Below, piece after piece: positions 26,366-63,339 of a stretch of DNA of 64,000 nucleotides (positions within the stretch are counted from its first letter, which is position 1; each line of letters opens with the position of its first letter). The notes beneath the pieces were generated by a model that was given only the letters and a program-made list of their open reading frames with translations, did no database searches and was not told the origin of the DNA. Made by a program: the position numbers and the translations under genes. Location: contig JAQGDQ010000067.1 in assembly GCA_030141605.1 (NCBI GenBank), positions 558,001 to 622,000 on the forward strand, read 5' to 3'. Origin of the DNA: Tubiluchus corallicola (Eukaryota > Animalia > Priapulida).

Positions 26366-26593
26366 TCTCCCTCCCTTTCTATCTATCTATTAATCAATCT
26401 ATCTATACACCTATTTATCTATATTGATGATTGAATTACTAGCATGTGAATGTGTAAGCTTTTAGTAGTTCAATTCTCATTTTTTTTATTGTTTCTAAAA
26501 TTTTAGATGGATGACCTTACAACTGATAAGACCATTTCACATCACAGTGGAATTGAAAATGCAGATTATATGGAAGATATAGCAATTGATTGA
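9475..26593 (+). CDS. FGFR1OP: FGFR1 oncogene partner / centrosomal protein CEP43 (FOP), 13 coding exons, ~520 aa
   Basis: Exons 9475-9561, 10227-10335, 11193-11278, 16113-16259, 16717-16734, 17111-17183, 17745-17789, 18833-18937, 22508-22781, 23833-23975, 25258-25338, 25939-26246, 26507-26593. All are GT-AG and phase-compatible (1563 nt). The N-terminus EDDTELRDLVVQSLENDGTLGKIRATLRASIFLTLEQQ...LVREYMEHFNLLYTLSVFDPET matches the FOP/LisH dimerisation region, and the C-terminus DDLTTDKTIS...ADYMED matches the FOP tail. The low-complexity middle exons are less certain. Confidence 0.92.
10227..10335 (+). CDS. FGFR1OP: FGFR1OP coding exon 2
   Basis: ttacag|ATLRASIFLTLEQQDALNKRHPLLNKKLSDYLDTKE(G)|gtgag. 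Confidence 0.92.
11193..11278 (+). CDS. FGFR1OP: FGFR1OP coding exon 3 (LisH motif)
   Basis: tttag|QIATALVREYMEHFNLLYTLSVFDPETN|gtaagt. Confidence 0.92.
11678..12318. repeat. Unclassified interspersed repeat with diverged ~190-bp internal direct repeats and a terminal hairpin
   Basis: aaagctgtagatggag...ctactgtccttgactgtttgacc (~11912) versus aaagctttaggaggag...ccactgcccttgattttttgacc (~12075); ends in palindromic taagattctgca..tgcaaaatctta. Confidence 0.4.
12700..16050 (+). mobile_element. Decayed L2/CR1-group LINE in FGFR1OP intron 3 (ORF1 end, APE endonuclease, RT), interrupted by a MITE
   Basis: ORF1 tail FWSTNVACKRFY. EN has DILFLQEHWL, GRPYVGCAIF, GGDLNLDF, SIDHF, SDHCP. RT has NYRGITL, QFGFK, ASKTFDKVNY, NGARQGAVLSPLLF. 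Confidence 0.88.
15081..15847. mobile_element. Tc1/mariner (pogo/Tigger-like) MITE nested in the LINE
   Basis: TIR (C/T)AGTAGGCGCC(G/A)CTTAATAGACTCA at both ends; TA target duplication at 15079-15080 and 15848-15849. Confidence 0.88.
16113..16259 (+). CDS. FGFR1OP: FGFR1OP coding exon 4
   Basis: atcag|VKETANREKLSKSLDVEPSNSFPVLSALLRKL...GTL|gtaag; RxxL..L...P.L..LL pattern of the FOP dimer domain. Confidence 0.88.
16717..16734 (+). CDS. FGFR1OP: FGFR1OP putative 18-nt microexon (DDFEDE)
   Basis: Pyrimidine tract + aag|GATGATTTTGAAGATGAG|gtttgt, phase 0/0. Confidence 0.55.
17111..17183 (+). CDS. FGFR1OP: FGFR1OP exon
   Basis: tttttcag|TTPSFSLSVDDSAEAANSSAAKTS|gtaagt. Confidence 0.75.
17745..17789 (+). 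CDS. FGFR1OP: FGFR1OP exon (45 nt, symmetric phase 1)
   Basis: tttccag|LDTVGNETSERSKG|gtaagt. Confidence 0.65.
18833..18937 (+). CDS. FGFR1OP: FGFR1OP exon
   Basis: ttttag|EVSISQKSIQDVSTHSGKNSTLSNSGQSRESKKA|gtatca. Confidence 0.7.
19395..21797. mobile_element. Composite repeat: outer element with inverted AACTGATAATGTAATAA-type termini enclosing other repeat fragments
   Basis: (g/c)ataatgtaataa repeats at 19395-19520 and inverted ttattacattat(c/g) repeats at 21655-21797; the interior holds a CpG-rich tcgca/gcga segment (19600-20380), diverged direct repeats (20563/20899) and a 16-bp array. Confidence 0.5.
21310..21590. repeat. Degenerate 16-bp tandem array (tggcgaactgtactag / tggcgaaccataccat), likely a transposon subterminal repeat
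   Basis: About a dozen diverged units ending in ...gcgaaagggaggatacc. Confidence 0.7.
22508..22781 (+). CDS. FGFR1OP: FGFR1OP exon (acidic)
   Basis: tttcag|LDTGKCSEK...DDFFDDIGQDIPNFR|gtaac; matches ORF 22510..22785. Confidence 0.82.
23833..23975 (+). CDS. FGFR1OP: FGFR1OP exon
   Basis: ttttag|ELKTPSLIG...LLGDLPPIG...SEN|gtatg; L.D.PP motif typical of the FOP C-terminal half. Confidence 0.82.
25258..25338 (+). CDS. FGFR1OP: FGFR1OP exon
   Basis: ttctag|ELSSKRQYDNQKGLEKIDKKINELGF|gtaag. Confidence 0.8.
25939..26246 (+). CDS. FGFR1OP: FGFR1OP exon (Ser/Lys-rich, then acidic)
   Basis: ttgtag|TSGENLYDEDFS...IEEEIAEEIDELDMDDLFNSDIG|gtgagt. Confidence 0.87.
26312..26376. repeat. (CT)n microsatellite
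   Basis: Direct observation. Confidence 0.95.
26507..26593 (+). CDS. FGFR1OP: FGFR1OP last coding exon
   Basis: ttttag|MDDLTTDKTISHHSGIENADYMEDIAID-TGA. Confidence 0.9.
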   Translation: MDDLTTDKTISHHSGIENADYMEDIAID

Positions 26594-27287
26594 AGAAAAG
26601 TGATTAAGTAACTGTAAGCAACGGTTCGAGCAAAGACATGATTCTTATTGATTATTTTGTCCTATTTATTTGTTAATGAAATCGCGCTGTGTTTAATTTT
26701 GATAACTTCTGGTATGTTTTGTGTAGCTGTTGTATATTGCCAAACACATTATTTAGCATAATGATGTTGCTTTACATTTAAATTTTTCAGATTCTACAAA
26801 AATAATACATTATTTCTTTAGTGCATAAATGTGTGCATTTCTGTAATTGCTGTTCTTCCAATTGTTCTCCGTATATTTGAGCGTGTATCCATCCATTTAT
26901 TTCTACACTAATGAAGGTTTTGTAGCTCTGCCAGCAATGAAATCAGATATTTTGTCCACATGCAGTCCTGCTGTGAATTTTGACAGCTAACTCTGATAAG
27001 CTTAAAAGTAGCTTTACCTCAAGTGCTTATACTATGTAGGCAGATTAATGTATTAACTAATTATAATTATTCATTTTGCAGACTTTGTGTCAATTTTGTG
27101 ATTGAATTTTGTATCTACATTTAGATTTGTTTCTATAACTTCCTGAAATACACGAAGATAGTGTAATTTGAAAAATGTACAACAGTAGAATTTAAAAAAA
27201 ACAACTATGTAATTTAAAAATCATGATATCTGGCAGAATTTCAGATATCAAATTTCAAACAGAATCTGAACATTTTACTGAGTTGCT

Positions 27288-27293
27288 AATAAA
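27288..27293 (+). terminator. Candidate polyadenylation signal of FGFR1OP
   Basis: AATAAA ~700 nt after the stop; a second one at 27370-27375; motif only. Confidence 0.35.
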
Positions 27294-29298
27294 ATTATAC
27301 TATGTATAAGGAGAGTTGATAGATTTTTTTTTAATTCCAGAGTGTTTATGTCTGATCTAAGGCCGTGAAAATAAAGCAGAAGATTTCCTGATTTTGCATA
27401 AGTTCTTCTTTTTCATTTCTGTAATTAAAGTAATATGACAATACGATTAGCTATTATACGGCAATGAGTCAGTAATTGGACAAGACTTCTTATGCAATGG
27501 AGACAAAAAGTTCAATTTTTGGGGTTATTTTGGTGAAAAGGCTGACTAAGCAACTGGAAATGTGTGTCTGGTAGGTGACTGGATGAAGCCAATTGCTTAC
27601 AAGTGATGATCTACAACGTACAGAAAACAGAAAAATTAATATATACCTGATCATTAGACATATAGACTAAAACAGGGTAATACACATAATAAGCTTTTGC
27701 TAGAGGTACAAAAAACTAATAACAGTACAGAACAATTGTTTGTAACTATATACACTATAATTTCAACCAACCTAGAACATACTCCATTTTTTGCTATGGT
27801 CTTGCTTCAATACTTACTTAATGCAAACCATGTGTGCAAAATGCTATTAGCAGGTATTACATGTAATTCCTTAACAGGTTTGTGAAGATAACGATTAAAT
27901 GAAATAAATAAAAAGATTAGCCTAATAAAAGATTCCTCAAAACAAAATTTTTGCAACGTTGCACAAAAAGCTGAACTATGTGCATGCTAAAATTGAGCTT
28001 GACATCATCGCCACTACCATCATAGACATTAGAATCATCGCCATCGTCACAACTCGTAACGTTTGCACTAATTTTTATCGCGTCTATTAATGATAGCTGG
28101 AAAATTCCTTTAATCCCTCTTCACTGGAGTTTAATTCTGGACAATGTTGATGGCAGTGCTAGCAGCAATGCTGCGATGGTTGTACTGCACCATTGCCACC
28201 TGTCTTGCTGCCATCGTTATCGCCAGGGACCTGGAGAAGGTAACGGTTATGACATTGCTGCTGCTGTAGCTGAAGTTATTCACCGTTATTGCCGCTGTTA
28301 CAGTTGCTGTGTTAAGATTGCATAAGCTATTTGATCGTTAATACAACATTATCACTTACGTTAGAAAACTGAGGGATACATTGGCTTACAGTATTTAACA
28401 GGAAGTTAAAAACGATGTTCATCCCCTACTGTGTTACGTATCTTACACAAGCGATCTCTTGTTATAGGTGGTCTTTCTTATCGCCCAGTCTGTATTCCAA
28501 GAATTCATTTGCACTTGTTCTAAGTTTGGTCAGTGCTGTCATTTACTAAATATGCTGTTTTTAACATTTACAAAATATGCCTCAAACTGAAAATCATGTT
28601 TAAATTTTGCTAAGAATGATTATTTTGCTCATATTGTAGGAAGGTTCCTTAAATGAAATCACAATTAGAAGAGCAATATTGTTATCTAATATGAAAGCTA
28701 AATTGATATCCGACAGCAATTTCTTAAACGAATCATACCACGCCAAATTTAAAATCACTGCCGTATAGTTAGAGTTAATAATATGCTTGAAAAAACAAAC
28801 ATATAAACCAGTACTAAAATAAACGAAATAATACTTCTACTCGTCGAGCAACGTTCTAGAATTAAAAAAACAGGAGAGTCACGGAAGATTGGAGAAAAAA
28901 ATTAGGAGAGGAGCAGAGATGAGAATGAGATAGGAAGATAGAAGGAAAACACGCAGACTGGAAGAGGAGGAGGAGAGAAGTGGAATTTTAGAATACACTT
29001 TGTTTGTGTGAATAAGGACAGAAATCTAAAAAGGACAGGTGAGAGAAGAGCGGGAGAGGTTAGAATGGGAGGAGAACAAGGACGTGTGGACAGAGAGGAG
29101 ATGGCAGAGCAAAGAAGAGTGGGAAAGAAAAGAAAAACAAAGAGAAGAAAAAAGAAATGTCAGTATGCTGTGTTTTATGTGATACCTCACCTAATCTAGA
29201 CTAAAGTCTTGTTTAGGCTATCGGGGTCCTCGATAACTCGTAATGAAAGTGAGTGAGTCTAGACAGATAGTTTAGTGTGATGCCGATGAAATGCAGCT

Positions 29299-29493
29299 TA
29301 CAAGTATGACCTTCCTTGTGTCAAAAGCATGACCTTTTTGTGTTACAGGTGCGACCGTTCTTGCGTCACAAATATGACCTTCTTGGGTTATAAGTATGAC
29401 CTTCTTTGTGTCAAAAGTATGACCTTTCTTGTGTCGCAAGTGCGGCCCTTCTTATGTCACAAGTATGACATTTCTTGGGTCATGAGCATCACT
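29299..29493. repeat. Minisatellite, ~23-bp unit x ~8-9
   Basis: Consensus caagtatgacctttcttgtgtca. Confidence 0.85.
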
Positions 29494-29857
29494 TTTTCTG
29501 AACCAACTTTCCCCAGTCGGGCTGGCGCGCTAAAGCGATTTTTTATCTATTCATTATTATTTTGTGTAGTTATTACTAAAACAGGTTTTCCAGTTTTATG
29601 GTCTGTAGACGAGTAACGCTACTATCAACACACTATACACGTTCTGATCTCATTACACTATAAGTTTGCAATAAAACAATTTCAGCAGAACTATAAGATC
29701 TTCCTAGAATTAATTGCGGAAAATTTGACCTTCAGACTAAACGTCTATAGTTCTCTTTTCTTGGTAATTGGAGTTTGGTCACTTGTTCAAGTTTTTATTT
29801 TTAATTTTGCCTCGACAATACAGGAGTCACAACTTTCGCTACTTCTAAAAGACTTGC

Positions 29858-30276
29858 AGTACATGCAGTTTTTCCACTTACAGGTTGGAGAGATGTTAAT
29901 TGTTAAACTGCATGCACGCAAAGAATATGAAAAATTACATTTTCTTCAAGCTTGATGCTTAAAAATGTCGAAAGATTCATAGAGTTATTAATTATGATAG
30001 TACGTACAGTATTTATTAGCCTATAGTAATAGGCACAGTATTCTCTTGTGTTGCAAATACTGGAGTACGATGCCGTTAATTACAGCTATGGTAGTGGGAC
30101 CAACATGTTTGTGTATCCAATTCTCTGTAATATATCTCTTGTTTAAAGGTGGTTTATGAGAGGAGTAAAGTTTGCAATTGCACTCTGTTTTTTGTAAAAA
30201 CGTACTGTAAGGAGTGCATTAATAGGTGAGCTAGTGGGCGTCTCTCCAACCTGTAAGTGAAACAAGTGCACGTAAG
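29858..30276. mobile_element. Putative MITE remnant with ~38-bp inverted repeats
   Basis: tacatgcagtttttccacttacaggttggagagatg versus cgtctctccaacctgtaagtgaaacaagtgcacgta. Confidence 0.5.
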
Positions 30277-31173
30277 TGGCTAACTTGTGACCTGGCACTC
30301 CCTGTGTATTACCACTGTCATCGTGACACTGTGCAATGGCGGCTTTTCTCAAAGCAAGTGCGATCCGTGTAAACGGTAGCGGTATTACACAGGTAATTTA
30401 TCCCTAGGCACACAACAAAACTCTCTTCTTGCAACAAGGCGTGAGTATCAATTAAGTTCCGGGAAAACCGGTGGGAACTTGAGAACGATCGCCTGTTTTA
30501 CTTGCTAACGTTATTTTTAATATGGATAGGTTTACTGGAAAATTCTATTCAAGGTTAAGAATATTGTCCGTCGATATGGATTGTAGTTTAATTTATTTCA
30601 ACTGAAATTCATTCTCATATCTCCTAAAAGCTTAGCTGTACGTAACAATAATTATTATTAAGTCATTTGTCTGTAAAAAATTGGAAGCACATTGCAATTG
30701 TGACTTAGTTTTTGTCAATTTAAAATTACATATATTGGACTACAGCCGCATTATATGGGGAAAGACAGTTCATTATGTATATTTTGAAGGACGATATCTA
30801 CATGATAGCTATAAAGACCGTATTCTCGCTTATTTATGTATTTCGGTGTAATCGAGGAAAAGATTCTCTTACGTCATTGTCATTATCTAATGATTCTAGC
30901 AGAGTAGTAGTGTTTGCTACTTTCCAACTCAGTATTATAAAAGTATGGATAACCTCCCCGAGTACCTGACTACTGTGAGGTGGTAGTGTTACAGGCAATG
31001 CGCAAAATTTAGACATTTGATAAAATGTGCATTTCATATATTACCTATGAATTTCGAGAAATGTGTGAAATAAATGTTTTTGCTGCGGCATTCTCAAGTT
31101 TGGCTTTACTAGCTTTACTTGTTGTTTTATATAATAGCTAGAGTTCAAGTAAGCAAGTAAACTAATTGTTTTA

Positions 31174-31437
31174 TTGGTATCCTTTGGTATATTAGTATCA
31201 TTTTTAAATGATTCGCATTGTATCACACTACCATTTGCAGATGACTTCTGCCTAATCACACGGAACAAGAAAACCCACCAAAGAATCATAGGAAACATTC
31301 AAAAATGTTCTATTTGTTTGCGTTTAAAGCTCAAACCAAGTAAACGCAGATTTCTGTTTTATACAAAAGGGTCACCTGTTGAAATTAACTTTTCTGTAAC
31401 AGATACCAATATACAACTCATCTGTTTTTTATCATGA
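31174..31437 (+). mobile_element. RT fragment of an RLE-type non-LTR retrotransposon (Hero/NeSL/R2-like)
   Basis: ITLPFADDFCLIT...LKLKPSK(R)RFL..KG; FADD followed by an LKLKPSKC-like motif. Confidence 0.7.
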
Positions 31438-32049
31438 CTGTGCGTTATATTGCCATGCTATATTGTTAATAATATGTTGTGTATACTTGTGTATGTGTAT
31501 GAGAAATGATGTTATTATTAAATTATGGAGAATGAATGAAACTAACCAAGTATGTAACAAATTATATAGTCATTAATATGTAACAGCCATTGAGTAATCA
31601 CTTTGTGTCGTTATGAAAGAAAAATGATAGCATAATGTAAGAGGTTTACGTAGGCCAATATAATGTTGGTCGATGATCGTGGTTTGAGGTGCCTAGATAT
31701 GGTCTAATTATTGGCTTCTTACTTTTCCAGATATGGGTCTGACTTCGGCTCGGTCTGGTCTGTGACCGGAGTGTCTGGGGTTTGGTGTCTTTGAAATCTG
31801 TTCTGTTCGAGGTGTGGTATGCTATCATCGGTGTCTACTATCTGGGCCCAGTCTGTCTATCAAAGATTTAGTCTGTGGTTGGTCTGTCTCGGCTCTTTCT
31901 GCCTGAAGTCTGGTCTATCTGAGATCTCGCATGTGGCTCGCCTGTCTGGCGTCTGGTTTGTCTGAGATTTGATCTGTTAGAGCCTGATCTAGCTAGGTTT
32001 GGGTTAACATAGGTATTGAGCCAGACGGAGGTTCTCTATAGGTTCTGAA

Positions 32050-32640
32050 CAAAAAATATATTTATTTATTTAAAAATTTTGTATCATCACAACTGAAGTA
32101 TACAATACTCGTTTACAAGTTGATGATTACAATAAAACTAAATTGAATAAAACAGCAGACTAGATAAAAAGGAAATAATATAAAGGATATCACACTGTAA
32201 AATGTAATTCGATAGACTGCAATTTAGATTGCAATATGAAAGTTACGTTACAAAATACATTTCGATACAAAACACTAGTCGATACAAATCACACATAAAT
32301 ACAGAAAGAAGTGAAATTACACTGTAAAGTTATACGCAAAAACATTAACACTTCTCGAAGAAATGTTTCTAAATAGCCTTTTAAAACTGGCTAGATTAGA
32401 ATCTTTACGCAAATCTGTTAAGGTTGACTTCCTAAAAGAAGAGGCAGTGTATTTGCAACCTATGTTTGCCAAAATGGGTTTTAATTTTCGGTAAGTGCAA
32501 ACTGCGATGTGTTCACCAGTTTGTTTGTTAGAAAGAAAGGAACACAGTTATTTCTATATACATTTATAAAACAACATTTCTAAGTGAAAATGAAAGATAT
32601 GGCACATCGTAGCGCTAGGACATTTCTGAATCTACATATC
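32050..32640 (-). mobile_element. 3' end of a decayed L2/CR1-group LINE
   Basis: Minus strand LHLPKIKTHFGK..., then a T-rich UTR and aaataaatatatat tail. Confidence 0.55.
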
Positions 32641-32944
32641 AATTTTTAAGCGATATGAAGCCGTCGGATCGGTTTTTGAATTTGGAGAGGTGACACAGAA
32701 AACTCGTCGGCATACTGGTGTATTGCTTAAACGATAGTTGACCTTGGGTACTGAATCTGAAAACGTTATCTAGGTTGTATTTTTCAAAATAGCAGACTTG
32801 AAAAACTTTTGGCAGAAAAGATTTAGCCATCTTTCTATATTTTTCTCGCTACGATATAGACAACCACTGGTTGCTAACGATGGTTATCAGTTAACGTAGG
32901 TCCAAACACATTATGTCATGGTGACGGCCTGTGACAGCCAGGAT

Positions 32945-33068
32945 GAACAAAATCCTGTCTCGTGCTTGTCGAAGAATCAGTGGTACCCTTTTTAAGTTTT
33001 TTGCAGGACTCGGCCGGGAGCTGAACCAGCGACCTCCCTGGTGGGAAGAGAACACGCTACCATATAGT
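32945..33068 (-). mobile_element. tRNA-derived SINE head (decayed)
   Basis: Minus strand tggtagcgtg (A-box-like)...ggttcagctcccggccgagtc (B-box-like), followed by aaaaacttaaaaagggtacc. Confidence 0.55.
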
Positions 33069-33599
33069 TAGGTTGCATAGACGTATGACAAGAATCATGA
33101 TTGATAATGGTGGGCTACTAGGACGCTTAAGCACGAAGTAGTGGCAGAACACGAAATTATGTTAAACCCGAACTATTTTCTGGATATTGTAGATTCGGAT
33201 ATGTAACGCCAAAGGCCTGAATGTTGAACTTGAACGTACCCCATTAAGTCACTAGCGATTTCCCCAGAGTGGCAAAAAGTTAAGTTTAGGGATAGGACAA
33301 TTACGTATAACTTCTTTCTCGATTAGTTATGCTCATTTTTTAATGGAAATGTTGTTATAATGTGCCTTAATTAAGATATATTGTTTTAGATGCTATCGCT
33401 TAATTTTGCGCATTCATTTTTGCCAATGTGACTTTTTTTCTGTTTTGCATAAGTAACACACGATGCTTGCCTCCTTAACGTTTTCACATTAACATTATTA
33501 CGGTACACTATAATTATCATTTTTGCCTACTACCATAGGAAATCTAGTTTTCCATACAGCGAAAACACATTCTACGTGTTAACATTGACTTTACTTTCA

Positions 33600-34565
33600 C
33601 TTTCAACGAACATATTTCAAACCTTTGCTGGCGTACCTCTTGTCAAATTAATGTTTTAAACAACTGCATCTTCACTAAATGTAAACTGTAAGATGGCTAT
33701 TTTGCACGCTTTCATATGTTCTAATTTCTACTATTGTTCATTAGTTTAGTATTTTTGCGCTGCAACGGACACACAAAAATTGGAAAAATTACAAGAACGT
33801 ACCTTACGTTTTGTCTTTAATGATTACTTTAGTGATTATGACACATTGTTGAAAAAAGCTAAAATTAAAAAGCTTGCGGAAAATAGGCAAAGATTAATAG
33901 CATTAGAGGTGTTTAAAATTTTACATAAACTTTGTTCAGAAAGTTTATATGACATTTTTAATCTGAGAGTAAGCTATAATCAAATGCAATATGATAACAT
34001 TTTAGATATTCCCAGAGTACACAAAGAGTTATACGGAAACAAGATTTCGATATTCAGCTTCTAAAATTTGGAATGAATTGCCCAATCATTTGCGCACAGT
34101 CACTAAATATAATGAGTTAAAGAGGCAAATTAACAAATGGAGCAGGGACATATGTATATGCTCAGCTTGTGCTACCTAATTTGTGTTAATTATATTTCAG
34201 TACTCTGTATCTTAATTTTTTTCGTGAATCAGTTTTAGTTTTTTATGATTATTCTGTCTCCGTATAATCTTTCAAGTTCCCAGAATTAAGTGATACAGCT
34301 CACCTTTTAAATTATTTCTACTATTCATTTTTGCGACTGTCTTGTTTTTGCCCTTGGTTGTATGATTTTATGTTGTATTTTGCAAATCATCCCATTTTCA
34401 TTTTTGTTTTTCATCCTTTGATCTTATTTCCAATTTGAGTAATATCGTATATCTATTTTTAGTAAAATTTTTAGCATAGTGTATTTTAGTCGGTATGAAT
34501 AGCCTATTAGGCTAACGTTGTACACTCGATTTTAAATAAAGATTATGTCTATGAATGTATGTAAT
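33600..34565 (+). mobile_element. 5'-truncated CR1/L2-group LINE 3' end
   Basis: FICSNFYYCSLV..KLEKLQERTLRFVFNDY..YDTLL..RQRLIALEVFKIL..KIWNELPNHLR; tail aaataaagattatgtctatgaatgtatgta. Confidence 0.82.
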
Positions 34566-35169
34566 ACACTTTGGCTATAGACGCGTAATAGGACCGATGC
34601 ATTATGACCTATGAGCACCCATTTCATTGATAAGTTTTGTGTATGTGCATTACCCCACGTGCTATTTGATTCCTGTGCATACGTATTGTGCATCCTGCCT
34701 GCACACCGTGCTTCATCATTATCTATTGCATAACCATAATTGACAATTCAGTATAACCTGTGCACATATTATTGTTATTTTTCAAATGCTCTGTCAATTA
34801 ATTTTTTGTTCGCAATTGCTCTACTGTAAATATACATGTAAGTTTGAAATAATTTTAATGTTTTTGTTATTACTAGTTAAATAAGTAAGTAAGTAAAACT
34901 TTATTTTCAGTCGATCTTTTACATGAAAACACGAGCCATAACGTTCTTTATCGACTATAATTAAATTAAATTAAATTAAAACCTAAATCCATACATAAAT
35001 ATATACTAAAATACATCAGTTTAAAAATTTGACCAACTTGACTAGTTAACTCTGTGCTTCATTAGTTGGCTTCATTTCTGCTTTAACTAGGTTCTACTCT
35101 TCTAACCTCGCATAGTAACATTACACAACACAAGATGTAAGCGGTCCCTTTATTATTATTTAAAGAAGA

Positions 35170-35420
35170 GCAGAAATAGAGATGTAGCAGCTACTATATA
35201 CTATTAAAAATGTTTCATTATCTCCGAATCGAAAGAGGAGGCTGGGCAAGAATGCTCCGTCACCAACGTCTATGCATTTGTCGTCTTGTGCACGATGAAG
35301 AACACACAGTGTACCATTGCAGTTACACTAGTGATATAAAAACAGTCAAGAAGCAGAGTTTGGTTCGCAGCCTTTATGTATTCGATTACACCCCAAGTGG
35401 TTGTCATTATATGCCATAAT
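35170..35420 (+). mobile_element. LINE ORF2 C-terminal zinc-knuckle fragment
   Basis: HYLRIERGGWAR..RHQRLCIC..VHDEEHTVYHC. Confidence 0.65.
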
Positions 35421-37087
35421 TGTCTTTCTAGGGCAAAGGAGTTAAAGAGACTGTAACTTTTGTCACTTTTTGTACTTACTACTTTGAACTTTGCGCATTT
35501 GCACATTCTTGGTCTGATATGCAAACTTCTCTTGTTTGTTGTGTTTCTTTTTTGGTGTACGACTTGTCTTTTTCTGGACGTAAGATAGGTGTGTTTATTT
35601 AACTACAAGATGTCTCACTCCGTGTAGTAAGATGATTTTTATCAATAACACTATTACTATTTTTTGAGTTTCTCTCTTGTAAATCTCAGAACGATATTTA
35701 TGAGTAACCTGTGGTACAGTAATAAATTACTCATTATTGAGCTGTCTTAAAGATAAAAATAGTCTATTCATCACCTTTCATTTATATTGTACAGTAATGC
35801 GGAATGCGTACAAATAAATTTACGGTAGGACGCATTAAGTGAGCGTGGAGCTGAGTAGAGTGTGAAAAGCATAGAGAAAATAATGCAAAAAAGACTCATC
35901 ATTATTAATATTAATCCAGTATCAGTCAAATAAACCGATATTTTTATTTACCGTTACTCGTTTAACAAACAATATTAGCACTGGTGACCTACGTCCACAA
36001 GAATACAGTGAAAGAAGTAACACACTAATAACGAATAGGCTAACATGTAGGGTATTAGTCTAAAAAACCAAGACTGCAACTATTAAGCGTATCTGTAATT
36101 TGCAGCCTAAATCACACGGCCACCGAACTCAGGACAAATTTCAGCTAATTTGAAAACTATGTTAACGCTCGTGTCTTTTGCATAAAACTCTAATTCAAGT
36201 AAATTATGGGATCTTATTAAGTTTATGAAAAACAGCAAATGTACAATAATAACAAATAATAATAAAAAAAACTTATTTTACTATATATAGACGTGTAACA
36301 TATTTATCACGTCTATACTTGTATGAAAAATAAACGAGTTTTTCCGTTTGATCTTGTAAAAAAACACTATCTTTATAAGAAAAATATTTTTATAAAACAA
36401 ATGGCAATTTTATCTCACTTGTCGTAAGTTAAATCTCTGGACGTTTCTGGTTGTTTCTCACTGAGTGGGATATAATTTAACTAAATTTAAATTTATCTAA
36501 TGTTTTAAGCGACATGTTTTGCATCTGATTAATGAACAACAGATATAAGTGGACAAGAGATATAGATTGTATATTAAATAGTGTATTGTGTTTTTAAATA
36601 TACAATCTACTTTTCTTGTGCCGTTTACGTATTCATTATTAAATTTAGCAATTAACCTATTTAAATAGGACAGTCTAATCGCTTCTAATACTTAGGCAGC
36701 AACGAAAACTCTAAAGCGAAAACGAGAACACGACATTTTATTCATTATTTAATTTTGCGACTGTCTCACATAAATACGTCATACGAGAAACGGCAAGCTG
36801 TAATGATCAGCGATACCCAAAAAGGCAAGTTTTTATAAACACTAAACTCAACAATAACATACAAGTTCGTTACGTCACTTAAGTATCCATACCTCTCAAC
36901 TCTGAAACTAAACGCCATTATTAAAGAAATTAACAAAAATTGCTAGTATATTACATACAGATTTATATTCTAGAAAAAACTATCCGTGAAATAAATAAAA
37001 ACATGTCAAAGAAGTTCTGTGCATGAATTACAAGCTCAATCAATCATCATCCTCGTCAGATGCTTGGTTCTGCCTCGTGGATGTATA

Positions 37088-37114
37088 TGAGTCACGTGAC
37101 TTGCGTCTTATAAA
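37088..37114 (+). promoter_or_regulatory. Putative core promoter of the metalloprotease gene: overlapping AP-1 site and palindromic E-box next to a TATA box
   Basis: TGAGTCA 37088-37094 overlaps GTCACGTGAC 37091-37100; TATAAA 37109-37114; ~280 nt upstream of the ATG at 37393. Confidence 0.65.
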
Positions 37115-37392
37115 GGTGAACAGCCGAAATAATTCAACATTATTGTAAGACGTCAGCTCAGTTACTGTGATGAGTTAGAGTGTAAATACGTTTACAAAGA
37201 ACGGCTGATCAATCATCGTGGCACGTTCTGTTTGTTTTCTGCTGCTTAAAGACTCGACCAGAACTCGATTCGTAATTAATCGAGGACTTTCGAAGAAATA
37301 GAAAGACTGCACCCACGAGTGTGTGTTTGTGTCTGCGTGCACGAGCATGTGATAGCGTATGTGAATTAATGAGCGTTAAATTCGTGAAAAAT

Positions 37393-63339
<25,947 letters not shown>

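Noticed and set aside
28144-28269. Short hydrophobic ORF resembling a signal peptide (MLMAVLAAMLRW...)
   Set aside because: It lies in degenerate GCT/GAT trinucleotide-like sequence, and no downstream exons or promoter were identified.
29299-29493. CRISPR-like appearance of the 23-bp array (also the 16-bp array at 21310-21590)
   Set aside because: Units are contiguous with no unique spacers, there are no cas genes, and the context is eukaryotic.
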